A stretch of DNA of 64,000 nt from Phoronis australis (Eukaryota > Animalia > Phoronida): assembly GCA_002633005.1 (NCBI GenBank), contig NMRA01000200.1, forward strand, positions 60,430-124,429, in the 5' to 3' direction. The notes beneath the pieces are model-generated. The model searched no databases. It was given only the letters and a program-made list of their open reading frames with translations, and had not been told where the DNA came from. The first letter of the stretch is position 1. Each line of letters opens with the position of its first letter. The translations under genes were made by a program, and so were the position numbers. Below, one piece after another: positions 1 through 12,234 of the stretch.

Positions 1-2585
1 CGATGTCAACAAATGTAACTAGTGAACGTGTTGCTGTCACAGATAAAATGTTTGAGTTAAATTACTCTCAAAATTGACATGCTTGGAGTTATTCCGGAAG
101 TGCCCGACAGACGGCCATATTGAATAGCAATTGTATACCTTTCTCTTTATTTGGTGTATAGTTGAAGGCTAATTAAAGATGCCTGTGCATGCTCAGATCT
201 ATATTTTCAGACCGCATTGACATTTTCAAATCATAAAAACGAGTCGTTCACTGGAAAAAGTAAAGGCAGGAAACCAAGTCAACCCATGTGGTGGGATAAA
301 GAATTAGAATGTGCCAAAAATGCTAAGCGTGAATCTGTAAATGGACAATAATAAATTAAAAAGAAAACAATTCTGTGAATTATATAGACAAAAAGAGAAA
401 AATTATGAAGCTCAGTTACTGGAAAGTATTTCCAAGAATAGGAACAACCCAAGAGTTTTGGAAATTGATCAAATTTAGTACGCAACCATCGAGGTGCGCA
501 GCCACGTCTATTACACCACAAAAATGGCATGATTATTTTAAGAGTCTGTTTAACCAAGAAGTGTCTGTTAGCAATTCACTCATGAATACTGTTGTCGATA
601 GGCAGGCTAGTCATGATAACTGCAGTGACAAGTGTACCCACAACATACAACGTGATTTAAATGCAGAGATTACGTGTTCTGAAATTATCTAGAACATCGA
701 TCAGCTCCCATATGGTAAGGCCGCTGGTATTGCTGGAATTACTTTTGAAATATTAAAATGTACCAAGACATTCATTTTGCAGATTCTGCTTAAGTTTTTC
801 GATGTAATTTGTCCATCGGGTTTCTATCCCCATGCTTGGTGTGATACGATGTTAATTCCGTTGTTTAAACAAGGTAACGTGGACGATGAGAATAATTATA
901 GTGGTATCTCGCTTCTGTCGGTTATTGGGAACTCTTTACCAGAATACTGAATAATCGATTGTATAACTGGGTCAAAAGTAATGGTCAACTTTTTGAAGCC
1001 CAAGCAGGGTTCCGCAAGGGTTACGCGATCATGTATTTTTGTATGCGATGTCAGAAACGCATAAACAAGAAGGGTGACAGGTTTTATTGTGCATTTATTG
1101 ATTTTTCAAAAGCTTCTGATCGAGTACCACATATTTTACTTTTTCATAGACTTATGCAAATTAATGTTCATTGTAATATGTTATCGATTCCGCGATCAAA
1201 GTAACCCAAGTTGAGATCATGTGTTAAAACACGTGATGGTTTAACACACTTATCTAATTACACTATTGGTACTCAAGGCTGTATGATGAGCCCTCAGCTA
1301 TTTGTTGTGTATTTCAATGAGTTTTCAGAAAAACTCAATTCACATAGTGACATAAATAGCATCTGCTTAGATGAGCATGCTACAAATATTAATTCACTAT
1401 TATATGCAGATGACATGGTTTTGTGCTCTCTAACAGCGTCTAACTTGCAACGTACATGTATGTTGAATTGTCTCGAGGATTATTATGATACATGGGGTAT
1501 GGCTGTGAATTTAAAGAAAACCAAAATAATCATATTTAGAAATGGCAGTCCCTTAAGAGATTATGAGAAATGGTTTTTTAACAAACAGCAAGTTGATACT
1601 GTATCTCATTATAAGTATCTTGGTATTTTTATCACACCTTCATTGTCATGGTCGAAAGCGACAAAAACTCTCTCTTGTCAAGCAAATAACGCTGCATCAC
1701 GTGTTTTGAAACTACAGCGCAGATGTCGCGATATGCCCCCCATCACTTGCCTTTTAGTTATTTGATAAACTGGTGTACCCAAAATTGTGTTATGGTGCCA
1801 AGATTTGGGGTTTTAAAGAATACGAGTGTTTAGAAAAATTTCATTTAAAATTTTGGCCTTGGCGGTTCTTGCTCTAACGCTGCAGTGTTGGGTGAACGTG
1901 GCAGATACCCTATGTTTACGAGATATTTTGTTTGCTGTATTATAACTGGGCAAGCTCAGTCCGCAATTTATTGTCAATGTATGGTTTCTATGACGTGTGG
2001 TAAACCAAGGAGTCGCGTGTCAAGAGTCGTTCGCAAATATTTTCACACAACGTGTTAAGGACTGTGCTTTGCAAAGGTGGCAATCCGATATTGATTCCAA
2101 TTCTAAGTTAAACTATTACAAAAATTTAAGGTTGTATTTGAAGATGAAAACTATTTAGAAATTGATAATCTTCCAAGAGTGTTAGTGCAAAATTTTATAC
2201 GTTTTTGATGTGCAAAAACCACAGACTGGCAATAGAAACTGGTCGTCATGTAAATGTGGCATATCAAGACTGATTGTGTACATTATGCTCGAGGAATTGT
2301 GTTGAGGATGAATATCACTTTTTATTAGTTTGCGACGCTTTTTCAGAAATCAGAACTAAGTTTCTAAGTGAGAGCCTCTGGACAAGTCCCTCTTTGTTTA
2401 AATTCCATAGACTGTTACATGTATGTAATCCCGATACCTCAGTTGTGAAATATGTATACTACGCATCTAAAAACGGATCAGCTTGTGTATTGCTGACTAG
2501 TGTACACAGCACCGCAAAGATCTTTTTTGCTTATTTGTTGTACTTTGGGCCGATGGTCATGTGTACAAATAAAGAAGAAGAAGAA
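1..2585 (+). mobile_element. Decayed non-LTR retrotransposon (RTE-X-like), 3' end intact
   Basis: Fragmented RT ORF: NYSGISLL, QAGFRKG, FIDFSKA, QGCMMSPQLF, LLYADD, YKYLGI; C-terminal HRLAIETGR...CTLC..VEDEYHFLLVC; many stops and frameshifts; ends with AATAAA (2568-2573) plus (GAA)n tail. Clade assigned from recalled motifs. Confidence 0.85.
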
Positions 2586-3639
2586 AACGAATTCTAGTAC
2601 AGATCACATACGACGAGACATATTTGAAAACATTTCTTCTTTAACATTGCAACTGGTTTCTTCAATAAGATTGAGTTAGGCCATATTTCCAAGTCACACA
2701 GAGAGCAGAAAAGGCTTCACAATTTCCATTGACAATACTGTGATTAAATTGAAATGTTGACAATAAGAATATTTCTGCGGTCGAAACCAGGCTGGTAAAA
2801 ACCTCTGATTTTTGACCATAAAACCAACGTTTGTTGAAACTCATTTTTGATGTTCTAAATACCAAGAGGAACATGAAAACATGCAAAATACTCGTAAACC
2901 TTAAAATATTTCCGCAATTTCTAAGTTAGTGATACAAAACACTTCACATACCCTTTTCAAGTTTTATCTGGAGTGCCTATATGCTCTTACTACGCAAGGC
3001 GAGTGTTTGTCCGCGGGTTTCCGAGACGCAGTCCAAATAAAACACATGCGTTTGAAGTCTAACAGAAAACTCTAGAAACGGAAACATGATGTAGGTAGTA
3101 CCAGTTACTCAGTGTCGGGATAACTGAATAAGAGGAATCTCTGTTTATAGGAAATATAATACAGCATCCTGCATTTAATCAGGAAACAGAAGTGATGCAA
3201 TTATTGCTATTTTTCAAAATGTCTCATTTTAATTTCAGCAATTTACGACAGCAGCTTAGGAACCTGCACTGAGGTTGCGGCACGAAAAGCGGCACGTGTG
3301 CGCCTTTTTAACATAGTTTCGTAGGATAAGACTTGTACTTTTAGGTGTCCTGGTGGGAATTAGTCTCACCTGCATGGTCCGCCGTGACCCGAAATTTTAT
3401 GAGCTAAACTTGGTCTGAAGAACTAACAAAATGTCAGTTCTTCTCGGGCACAGAGATCACTGTTAAACCGAGCCGAAACAAGACAGGACCACTCTTATTA
3501 TGGCAAGTTGCTTAAAAAAAAAACTTTTTTTTCATAAAGCACGGATTTAATGCAGCTTTTGTTCACGCTAAATGGTTCGAGAACAGAGTAGAGTTTAGTA
3601 ACGCTAGGACCTACGCTAGGATCTCACTAAAATTTAGAC

Positions 3640-3735
3640 AAGATCACGTGTTCTCATTTAAAGTACACGACAATATCTCACGTAGTCTCGCGAAGTCTTG
3701 CTATTTAGCGAGATCCTAGTGTTACTGAACTCCAT
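3640..3735 (+). repeat. Short interspersed repeat family (other copies about 8040-8100 +, 10610-10720 -, 18325-18405 +)
   Basis: Shared core ATCACGTG(T/C)TCTCATT(T/G)AA..TACA(C/T)G.(C/G)A.TATCTC..G...CTTGCT.TT.TAGCGAG in four places. Confidence 0.7.
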
Positions 3736-4369
3736 CGAGATTTGTAAATTGAAGTGTGGTGTGCTATGCTATAAACCAATCACTGAGTCACGTGTCAAGG
3801 CCAGAGATTAGACAACCTGGCCAGATGAAAACTCCTCTTTGAAGTTAAATAATCAATATAATGATATTTTTGACAGCACTGAGTAGAACTGTTACACTCA
3901 ACTAACGCTGTACTGACAGAAATCTCAATCAATGTTAACCTGAGGTATTCGGGGGGGGGGGAGGGGAAGATGATTATATTTTTGACAGGAGTGCAACGGT
4001 TCAGCGTGGGAATTAGTTATCCCATTGAGAGAGTTGAATTGTCAAGGAACCCATTTGAATAGAAGCTTCAGTGAAAATTTCACCCTTTTGTAGATTTTTG
4101 TTCTCGAAACTCCACATCTTTGTTGAAGTTTAAAATTCCATGCATAAAGTACTATATTTTTCGTAGCCATAGTGATTCTTGGACAGTTGGATTTTAGATC
4201 ATCAAGCTAAAACAGAACAAGAGCAGATGCCATGTTGTCCAAAATTAGTAGGCCTACGTCTTTTGCAACAAAAGATTTGAACATAAGATAATATTCCAAT
4301 ATTGTCTAGATGTTTAAAAAATCTTCTGTTGAATGGTATTGTTGAAAAAAAAGAAAGCTCTCCGAGGAG

Positions 4370-4688
4370 CGACACTTGGTGAAATTAACAGATAAGACGA
4401 CGATAGAGGTGATGACTAAGATGACAAATATGACGACGATGATGATGATGATGAACAATACAAGTAATGATAACATTCACATGACGAACGTATAGGTCAG
4501 AAATCAGTAAGTATAGGCTACAGTCTTGAGCGACACTAATTAGCGAAATTAACTGAAAGGACGACGACGGAGATGATGACGAAGATGGCGAATATGACGA
4601 TGATGCTGGCGAGGATGAGCAACATCATAACATTCATATGACGAAGTTGGATGTCGTAAATCAGTAAGAAATAGGTTACAGTCTTGTT
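4370..4688. repeat. Diverged tandem duplication (about 160 bp) containing GAT/GAC microsatellite
   Basis: GAGCGACACT..GAAATTAAC..(GAY)n..CATTCA.ATGACGAA..AATCAGTAAG.ATAGG.TACAGTCTTG occurs twice. Confidence 0.7.
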
Positions 4689-4717
4689 CAATAGAAGCTA
4701 AACCAACATCATTGCAG

Positions 4718-5565
4718 CAAGAGCGCTCAACAAAGGAACAGCGCCATCAGAAAATCCCGAATAATTCAAAAAGTAGACATCCTACCCAAAAATGAAAAAT
4801 ATCGTCTGAAAGCCCGTTCAAAACTCTATCTAAGAAGTTAGTTGTGCAACACTCCATCTAAATCGATAGTTTTGCAACAATACGAAAATTTTTCAAATTT
4901 CGTTTTTTTTAAATTCAAAGTCAAATAACTCGAAAACGGTAAGTCTGAGAAAAAAATTGTAACAGGCCATTTGAATGGGTAGGCCTCAAAGAATCCACAT
5001 TCAAAAAATTACGTTATTTTCTTTTCTCGTTTAAAATGGCACTCCAGCACGACTGAAAATGAGTCATAATGGGCCAGATCCGCCATCTTGGAAGCAACTT
5101 CCGGGTGCTTAGCATTGCAAAGTAGCTCGTCATAGAAAACTAACACCTGAAAATTTTCGAAGCAATTGGTCCTATAATGCGCCCTCTACAGGAGAAAACG
5201 TTTTTCACCCAAAATCGAGGTGCGCATGCGCATCTGCCGATATTTCCGCTATCTTTGACCGGAAATTAATGATTTTTAATGTAACAGTATAGTTTTATGT
5301 TTCTGCCGATTTTCAGCCCGACACAACAAAAATTGCGACCTCTATTAGCAACTGAATCAGAAATCGGTAACAAAATGGCCGCCACATCCGCCATCTTGAA
5401 TCCGATCATGACCAAGAGCAATAGCCTTCCAGTACTTCCAGGACTACAAGTTGTTTGAAAATTTTGTGAATATCGGACAAAAATGCGACCTGTAGAGAGC
5501 GAACAAACAAAAAAAAATTGATAGCGAAGCAACTTACTTGGCGAAATTTATGTCGCCAAGTAAAA
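4718..5565 (+). mobile_element. Helentron-type non-autonomous element, different family
   Basis: Starts CAAGAG with GCGCT..AGCGC hairpin, internal CCGCCATCTTG motifs, 3' palindrome TTACTTGGCGA..TCGCCAAGTAA (5534-5563) then an A run. Confidence 0.55.
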
Positions 5566-7627
5566 ATTGTAGAGTTCCGCACTCCCAAAGCAAACCTTTT
5601 GTGGGGAATTTTGACAGGAAAGGCGCCCTCTAGTAGAGGAATTGGTGGGAAAATGTCACCCTTCTGAGTGGCTTTGCTGTAGGTCCAACTATCTCCAGGG
5701 CGATGTCGTTAAAACTTGTGTCACTCAACTTTACTACGGTACAGCGGTCAGCCTGGACAAGAGATTAATAGGTAGATTATGTACAGAAAAAAATCATTGG
5801 TAGACTAATAATCTCCATCGATAAATAAGTTCATTAGCTATAAAAACATGATTAACCTATAACGCTGCAACTCCTTGTTATAAAGTAATGCTTTTTACCC
5901 GCCACTGGAAGAAAACATAACTGTCTTCTGAGAAGATCCCATTGCTCTTCAGTTTTCTCTGTAAAGTTAGTCACAGGGGCGTAAGTTGCCATGCCCTTGT
6001 TCATTGCAGAAACCTCTCCGCAGTCGAAACTAATTTTACTCGTGTGTTTGTTTCCCCTGTTTGATGCGAAAATTTGCACCAATTCTCTACCAATTCTCTC
6101 TCATTTCACATACCCCTCCCCGTCGCTTGTGCAGCGATGTGTTTCATACCCCAGTACTAGATTAGAAAGGTCCTCCGTCTGTGCTGTCTCCTCTCGGCGC
6201 GGCTGGCAACACCAATACCCATACACATTTGCGGTAAACACCATGAACTCAGGGAATAATTAAAAACTCCACATGGCAGAAAGACACATTTTACAAAAAG
6301 TAGCCTAGAGCGAGATGCTATGATGACGTAAACGCACCTGAAAAAGTTGTTATGTGTTCATTGCGTCACAGAACGGCATTTCATCCAACTACCTCACAGT
6401 CGCATGATGACAGAAAAGAAGGTGAAATCGCAATGGGGGCCACAAAGCATTGCTCCTCGGAAGTACTCTATACACACTGCTGACGGTAGGTGTCGCCAAT
6501 GCTGGCAAAGTACCAAGGTGGCACTCAACAGTTTTTGATGATTTTGGGCTTGAAAAACCAGGTCTTGGCGGTTCCAACAGTCTGTTCCACAGGGAGTACA
6601 AAACCACGAAACATGTACAGTATACTGGGCCAAAGACTTACACGAAGTCTATTGAAACTGAGGAGTCCAAAACCAAAATTTTATATCTTTTACGACTACC
6701 TGTAGTGTAGGCAACTACATAAAAAATTAAAAATACATCAAATCGGCAGTTTTCAACCAACGGCACTAGTTGCACGCGATTACTATGAAGAGAGAGACAG
6801 TGCATTCGGAGTGCCAAAACTCTCGTGATTACAGAAATCAGGTGAAAAGTGCCGGTGTCGGTCAGCCAGGTGTCAGCGAGTACCTGAATTTCCTCCTAAA
6901 TTTAAAGTTCCCACTCGCAAAGAGTAAACGTTCAAGAAAATCCAAATCTTAGCGAAAAGGTGTGTCAAGAGGTCAACAGCTGGCAATCTTTCACTCAAAA
7001 CTGACTCGAAAATCAGCAAATGTCACTCGTGACCTTTACATGTAGCGCAAAACTTGAAAATTCCAGCCAGTCTAGGAGGCGCCAACATTTAATGCCATTG
7101 GCAATTGGGGCAGGCAATATTGAACCTCGGCTCAAAAAAACCCGTTATTGAGTGCCACATAAACCACTTGTATGGCTCCAGTTACGTTAAAAGTGCTAGC
7201 GTTTTCCAAAAATCTGATGTCCTGTTAAAGGAAGTAAAAGGTCAAAATGTCTCTATGAGCGGACACTATTTTGAGCTCTTGACCAGTAGAACCCGAACGC
7301 AGTCTAATTCGTTCGAAGATCTTAGCATAGATATAAGCACATATGGAAGACCTTTGGCCGACTAACATTAATTTACATGAATGTTCATGGGTTATAAAGG
7401 TAATGTATGTCAAGAAATTGTCGTTGTATGTAAGTGAGATTTGGATGTATGCTTGCTCGTCTTTAGTCAGAAACGTTATCATAGAAAGCTACTCAATACA
7501 GACCTTCAACTTTAATTACAAACTATACACCATATGGCGACATAAAATTGGACTCAGTATTTCTTACTCAAGTGATTTCTGGTCTTGTGGAGGTCGGACA
7601 GTTCATTATAGCACGACTAATTTGTGC

Positions 7628-7943
7628 TGATACAGCGGGTCAGTGTGGCGAGCAAGGTCTCGTGTTGTGATACGGTGGGTCAGAGTGGCGATCAAGGCCT
7701 CGTGTTGTGATACGGTGGGTCAGTGTGGCGAGCAAGGCCTCATGTAATGATACGGTGGGTCAGTGTGGAGAGCAAGACCTTGTGTAATGATACGGTAGGT
7801 CAGTGTGGCGAGCAAGACCTCGTGTAATGATACGGTGGGTCAGTGTGGCGAGCAAGGCCTTGTGTAATGATACGGTAGGTCAGTGTGGCGAGCAATACCT
7901 CGTGTAATGATACGGTGGGTCAGTGTGACGAGCGAGGCCTCGA
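7628..7943. repeat. 40-bp minisatellite, about 8 copies
   Basis: Unit TGATACGGTGGGTCAGTGTGGCGAGCAAGGCCTCGTGTAA. Confidence 0.92.
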
Positions 7944-8190
7944 GTAAAATTTGGATAAACTGCCAGTTCTTTCCATGCAAGTCCAGTGCTACCATGACCT
8001 TGGTAGAGAGTAGCTATCTCGCGGTAAGAAAAATCAAGACAGTATCACGTGCTCTCATTTAAAATACATGGCAATATCTCTCGAAGGCTTGCTTTTCTAT
8101 TCGCTGGTCCCCTACGTGCCTAGCCAGCACGCAGGTATCGATCACGCAGTGGCACGCGCTTTAGCATTGCCGGGTTTATGTAACCTCAGC

Positions 8191-8230
8191 AGTCATTGGT
8201 TAGCTGCAACACCGTGAAAAATGGCGGACT
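8191..8230 (+). promoter_or_regulatory. Putative core promoter of the ODF3-like gene
   Basis: Cluster of reversed CCAAT (ATTGG 8195-8199), imperfect RFX X-box-like GTTAGCTGCAAC (8199-8210) and YY1-type AAAATGGCGG (8218-8227), about 230 bp upstream of the first coding exon. Confidence 0.35.
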
Positions 8231-8456
8231 ATGAACGATTTTTAGCCTTGTCATGCAAGTGGCGTCGCAGCAACTATTTCGTTTCTGCACTAATGTTTAA
8301 TAGCCGCGTACTTGAATCACATACATGTACAATAAACAATATTGGTTCCTAGGTTTAAGTTAACAGACGAGTGGCACACGTTGTGCTCTAAGTTGCAGCA
8401 AAGAATCAGATTAAAATAAAGGTGATTTGCTAACCTTTGTCCCGTTTTCTTCAGAC

Positions 8457-9989
8457 ATGATGTTCATGGATGGCGAGATAGCGGGACCGGGTGCAGGTAA
8501 ATATTTGGTACCCAGCCTGACAGGTTACAACCAACATGACCCGACCAAGTCAAGGAATCCGGCATTCTCGCTTGGTCCGCGATTGCCTCCACTGTGTAAG
8601 TGAAAGTGTCACATTGTTTCTTTTGATCCACAGAAATTGTAGCAGGAATTTATAAATTCGCAAGCTCACAGCTGCTGGTCAACCACCTCATAATACGATC
8701 AAATATTATTTGATCACACAGATAAACCGCACTTAAAGATGCCATGTCTCATTAAACCGTGAATATTTAAATTTGTAGCAAGCGCCACCTCGTGACTTCC
8801 TGGAGAAATTTGTGTACAAGTATAATCAGGAAAAGAAACAATTTGTAAATGAATTGCGGTTTTAAAGAAAATACCACAATTTATACAAGCGCAGACGTAT
8901 AGAAAATCCTAATAATTCCAAATATTACATTATTTGATAGTGAAATGAACAAATAATAAACCTATGCTTTGTTTCATTAAAGTAACGATGACTTATTAAC
9001 ATATTCCTTTACTTAAATGTGGTCTCGCAAAACGAAACTTTCGCGAGATTGTTTCTCTGATGGTTTCCGGCGCACCGGAAGATCCACAGCTGTTTGTAAA
9101 CTAGTACTTTTTAGTATTTTTCTGACGCTGAGTCGGAATTCCAAACAATAAGCAAAGTAGTTGATCGGTACTAGTTTCATCTTGTCTTGTAGTGGGATCC
9201 GAGGGCATAACTTTTAGTGAAAATTATTTGTATGCTCTAGAAATTGTCAAAATTATTGTCTCAACAGCATTCATTATTTTCAGGGAGCAAAAACGATGCG
9301 CCGGGGCCCAACATGTACGACCCGACAGCATGCATTCGAAGTGGACCAGACACTATAATTCCTGTAACCATGACAGGTCGTGCACAATTTTTTAGTAAGT
9401 AATTGCGATGTTTCAAGGTATCTGGTGACCTTCGCTGTAAGAGGTCAAAAAGTTGCTTCCCTACCGTGACCCTGGGTACTTGAGATGTTTGGTCATTCTC
9501 CTAGCGTAATTTCCTGCGAGCTATTGAAGAACAGTTTTGAAAACCATTGAGTCACCAGTGTTACTCAACACCAGAATCTATTTGCTCGTTTTAGGCTTTC
9601 TGTCATCCCACGTTTCTTCAATTATTCGTTGCTGTTATGACGATATTTTGATACTTGTGCTATCAATTCTCCTTATCTAAATCGCTTGCGCACTCTCAGA
9701 ACTGGCAACAGTAAGGCCCGGTGCAGACGAAGACACATACGCTCAGCCTGTAAGCTCAACTGCCTGTAAGCTGAGCCTAAAGCGAGAAAATAAGACAATA
9801 ATTGAATATTGAGTACTTCAATGACCACTGTTATTCGCTTGCGGCTAAGCGGCATCGGTTTCTGTGCTATAGCTCAGTGGCACTGAGAGTGTATCTCTAC
9901 GTCTGCGCTAAGCTTAACAATATTTGGGAAGACCTAATTAATCCTGATACTAGAACCATCACCAAAATTAGAACAGACGTCAACGACAA

Positions 9990-10021
<32 letters not shown>

Positions 10022-11631
10022 CGACGACGACGACGATGGCGGTGATGGTGACAACGATAATATTCATGACAGTTTACTGAAAATACAAGACATCTCGTAC
10101 ACGATTTCCTTTTCCCTAGTGACCCAAAAAGAAACGACCCCGAGTGCTCAAGATTACAACACGAGTAATTGTTGGGATGGCAAGTTACCGCGGGCCCCCA
10201 AGCATTCAATAGGTGGCGTGCGGAATCTGATGAAATGTGCAAAGTATTCTGCCGGCCCGGGTTCCTACGGCAATCCATCTACTCTAGGGAAAACTGACAA
10301 AGGAGCAGTGATCAAGTAAGTGTTGCCGTCCTATCCGGACCACCTCGGGCAATTACGTAGTCTCAGCCTACCCTTGGAGGTGAACGCTATATGTAGGCCT
10401 ACTTTGCATGTGCGTATTTCAGCCACAAAGTTGGTCATGTGACTTTCAAACTAGAAAATGATTGGCCGTATGACCGAAGTTCGTACATGAGCAAATAAGG
10501 AGAAATTTGAAGCTACAAAAATACCCGATCGGGGCTCCGGAAGTCCCCTCGCGCCCATTGTTTATTTAGTTTCTTGCACAAGCCTGGGTGAATTTCATTA
10601 ACGCTAAAACCTCGCTGGAAGATTTCGCGAGATTACGCGAGATATTGCCGTGTACTTTAATTGAGAACACGTGAATTTGGTTAGCGGATTTTACTACCCG
10701 CGAGACAGCTACTGAACTCTGGTTATGGTTTTCAAAGTCGTTTAGTGAATCACGGACACAACAATTTTGTATTTTCCTTGACAAATCCTTTTGCAGTTGT
10801 TTACGTCATACGAAATTAATCATACCCTTCAGGCGGATTGGTGAATGGTCTAGTTCAATTTGAATTCAGAGAATGCAATATATCTTGTCTGGAATATTTA
10901 ATACCAACTGACTAACTGCCCAATTTCCTCTTTCGTTACGAGCACTAATTTGGGGAGAATTTTACAAGCCAGTTTAAAGGAATAAAAGTGCATTATGAAG
11001 ACTATGGGCTGAGTGCCACGTTGCCAGTTCTCACGTATTCCGTGCTTTTGTTGCGTTCCGTAGCCGCCAATGCAGTCTCAGTTATGATCACTTGCTTCGC
11101 GTGTTCATGGTATGCTAGACAATATCTCACGAAGACTTGAGTAATCCCGTTTGACGAAGAACGTTCTCTACGGAACGCAGTCTGGGTTTCAACCCAACGG
11201 GATCTGTATGAGAGGATGATCCATCCCGCACCAACTATCTGTCTACGATAAATTAGTTGCAAATCATATGAAAACATGTTGTTAACTTTGCATACGGGGG
11301 ACTAGAGATATATTTGTTTGGATTTTTCAGAGGAATTAGGAACGTCTCTTACGAAACCGACACGCCAAGCCCATTGGCTTATCAAAACGTTAACAACCCG
11401 GACCCAACAAAACCTCGACCGCCGGCGTTCTCTCTGGCAAAGCGAGTCTTCCCTCCGACTGGAAACAAGAAAAATAAATTTGCAGGTCCGGCAGACTACG
11501 ACCGACACAGAGCTCAAGACTTTGTTCTTCCCAAAGCACCGACAGCAACCATGGGGAAAAGATTGCGAAAATACGGCTTAAGACCGAAAAACCAGTGGAA
11601 AATATCAGATTCGAATGACGACATTTCCTAA
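8457..11631 (+). CDS. ODF3/SHIPPO-repeat (CIMAP1-like) ciliary microtubule-associated protein, 4 coding exons, about 248 aa
   Basis: Exons 8457-8595, 9284-9394, 10120-10315, 11331-11631 join in frame at GT-AG sites (747 nt). Repeated PGP-x-Y and AP-x-F/YS-x-G motifs: GPGAGKYLVPSLTGYNQHDPTKSRNPAFSLG, APGPNMYDP, TPSAQDY, AGPGSY, TPSPLAY..PRPPAFSL, AGPADY..PKAPTATMG. The start ATG is the first one after the acceptor at 8454; an upstream exon is likely. Confidence 0.85.
9990..10060. repeat. (GAT)n(GAC)n microsatellite
   Basis: Direct reading; intron 2 of the ODF3-like gene. Confidence 0.9.
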
Positions 11632-11842
11632 ATTATACTTTGTCAAGAGTCTTGGAAATTATCTCTTAAAATTCTCGTTGACCTGTTATACGAGATAAGT
11701 TGGTTTTCCAATGTTCGTGCCACGTTTACGTTCTTTGATAATCTTAAAACACGATGCAGATTTGTTGACCAATTCGTTCATTTAGACGTCAAGCATTTGG
11801 TTATCACACTCTTAGTGTCTACAAATAAGGATCGACGTTTTT

Positions 11843-11968
11843 NNNNNNNNNNNNNNNNNNNNNNNNNNNNNNNNNNNNNNNNNNNNNNNNNNNNNNNNNN
11901 NNNNNNNNNNNNNNNNNNNNNNNNNNNNNNNNNNNNNNNNNNNNNNNNNNNNNNNNNNNNNNNNNNNN
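11843..11968. other. Assembly gap (126 N)
   Basis: Run of N; single N joins also at 43750, 48878 and 52684. Confidence 0.98.
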
Positions 11969-12234
11969 ACGATCTTGAGATTAACCGAAACTCCAAGTTC
12001 ATGTTCGACACTCGAATCTTCGATTGACACTTCGTCCGGCATCCATTTATTTCTTGGTGCACCACACAAAATGAAAAAAATAAGCTAAAAAAATCTGTAT
12101 TAAATTCAGTTCACTATAAAAAAATTCGATGCCATGGCAAAGGCTATTATTTGGGCTTAGGTTTCGAATAAAATTGTTTGCGTAAAGATCCGTTTCATGA
12201 AGTTTTTAACAAAAATGAAGCGGAAATAGTGCCT
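11969..12234. mobile_element. End of a TTAA-targeting (Kolobok-like) element adjoining an assembly gap
   Basis: Sequence after the N run ends GGAAATAGTGCCT|TTAA (reverse: TTAA AGGCACTATTTCC) and is followed by a second copy of the ODF3-like exon end starting at the same TTAA. Confidence 0.5.

Noticed and set aside
7628-7943. CRISPR-like regular repeats (also 41050-41430, 42800-43190, 61310-61625)
   Set aside because: Head-to-tail units with no unique spacers, no cas genes, eukaryotic intron context: minisatellites.
9802-10278. Poly-Met/Thr and poly-His ORFs
   Set aside because: Translations of the intronic (GAT)n(GAC)n microsatellite.
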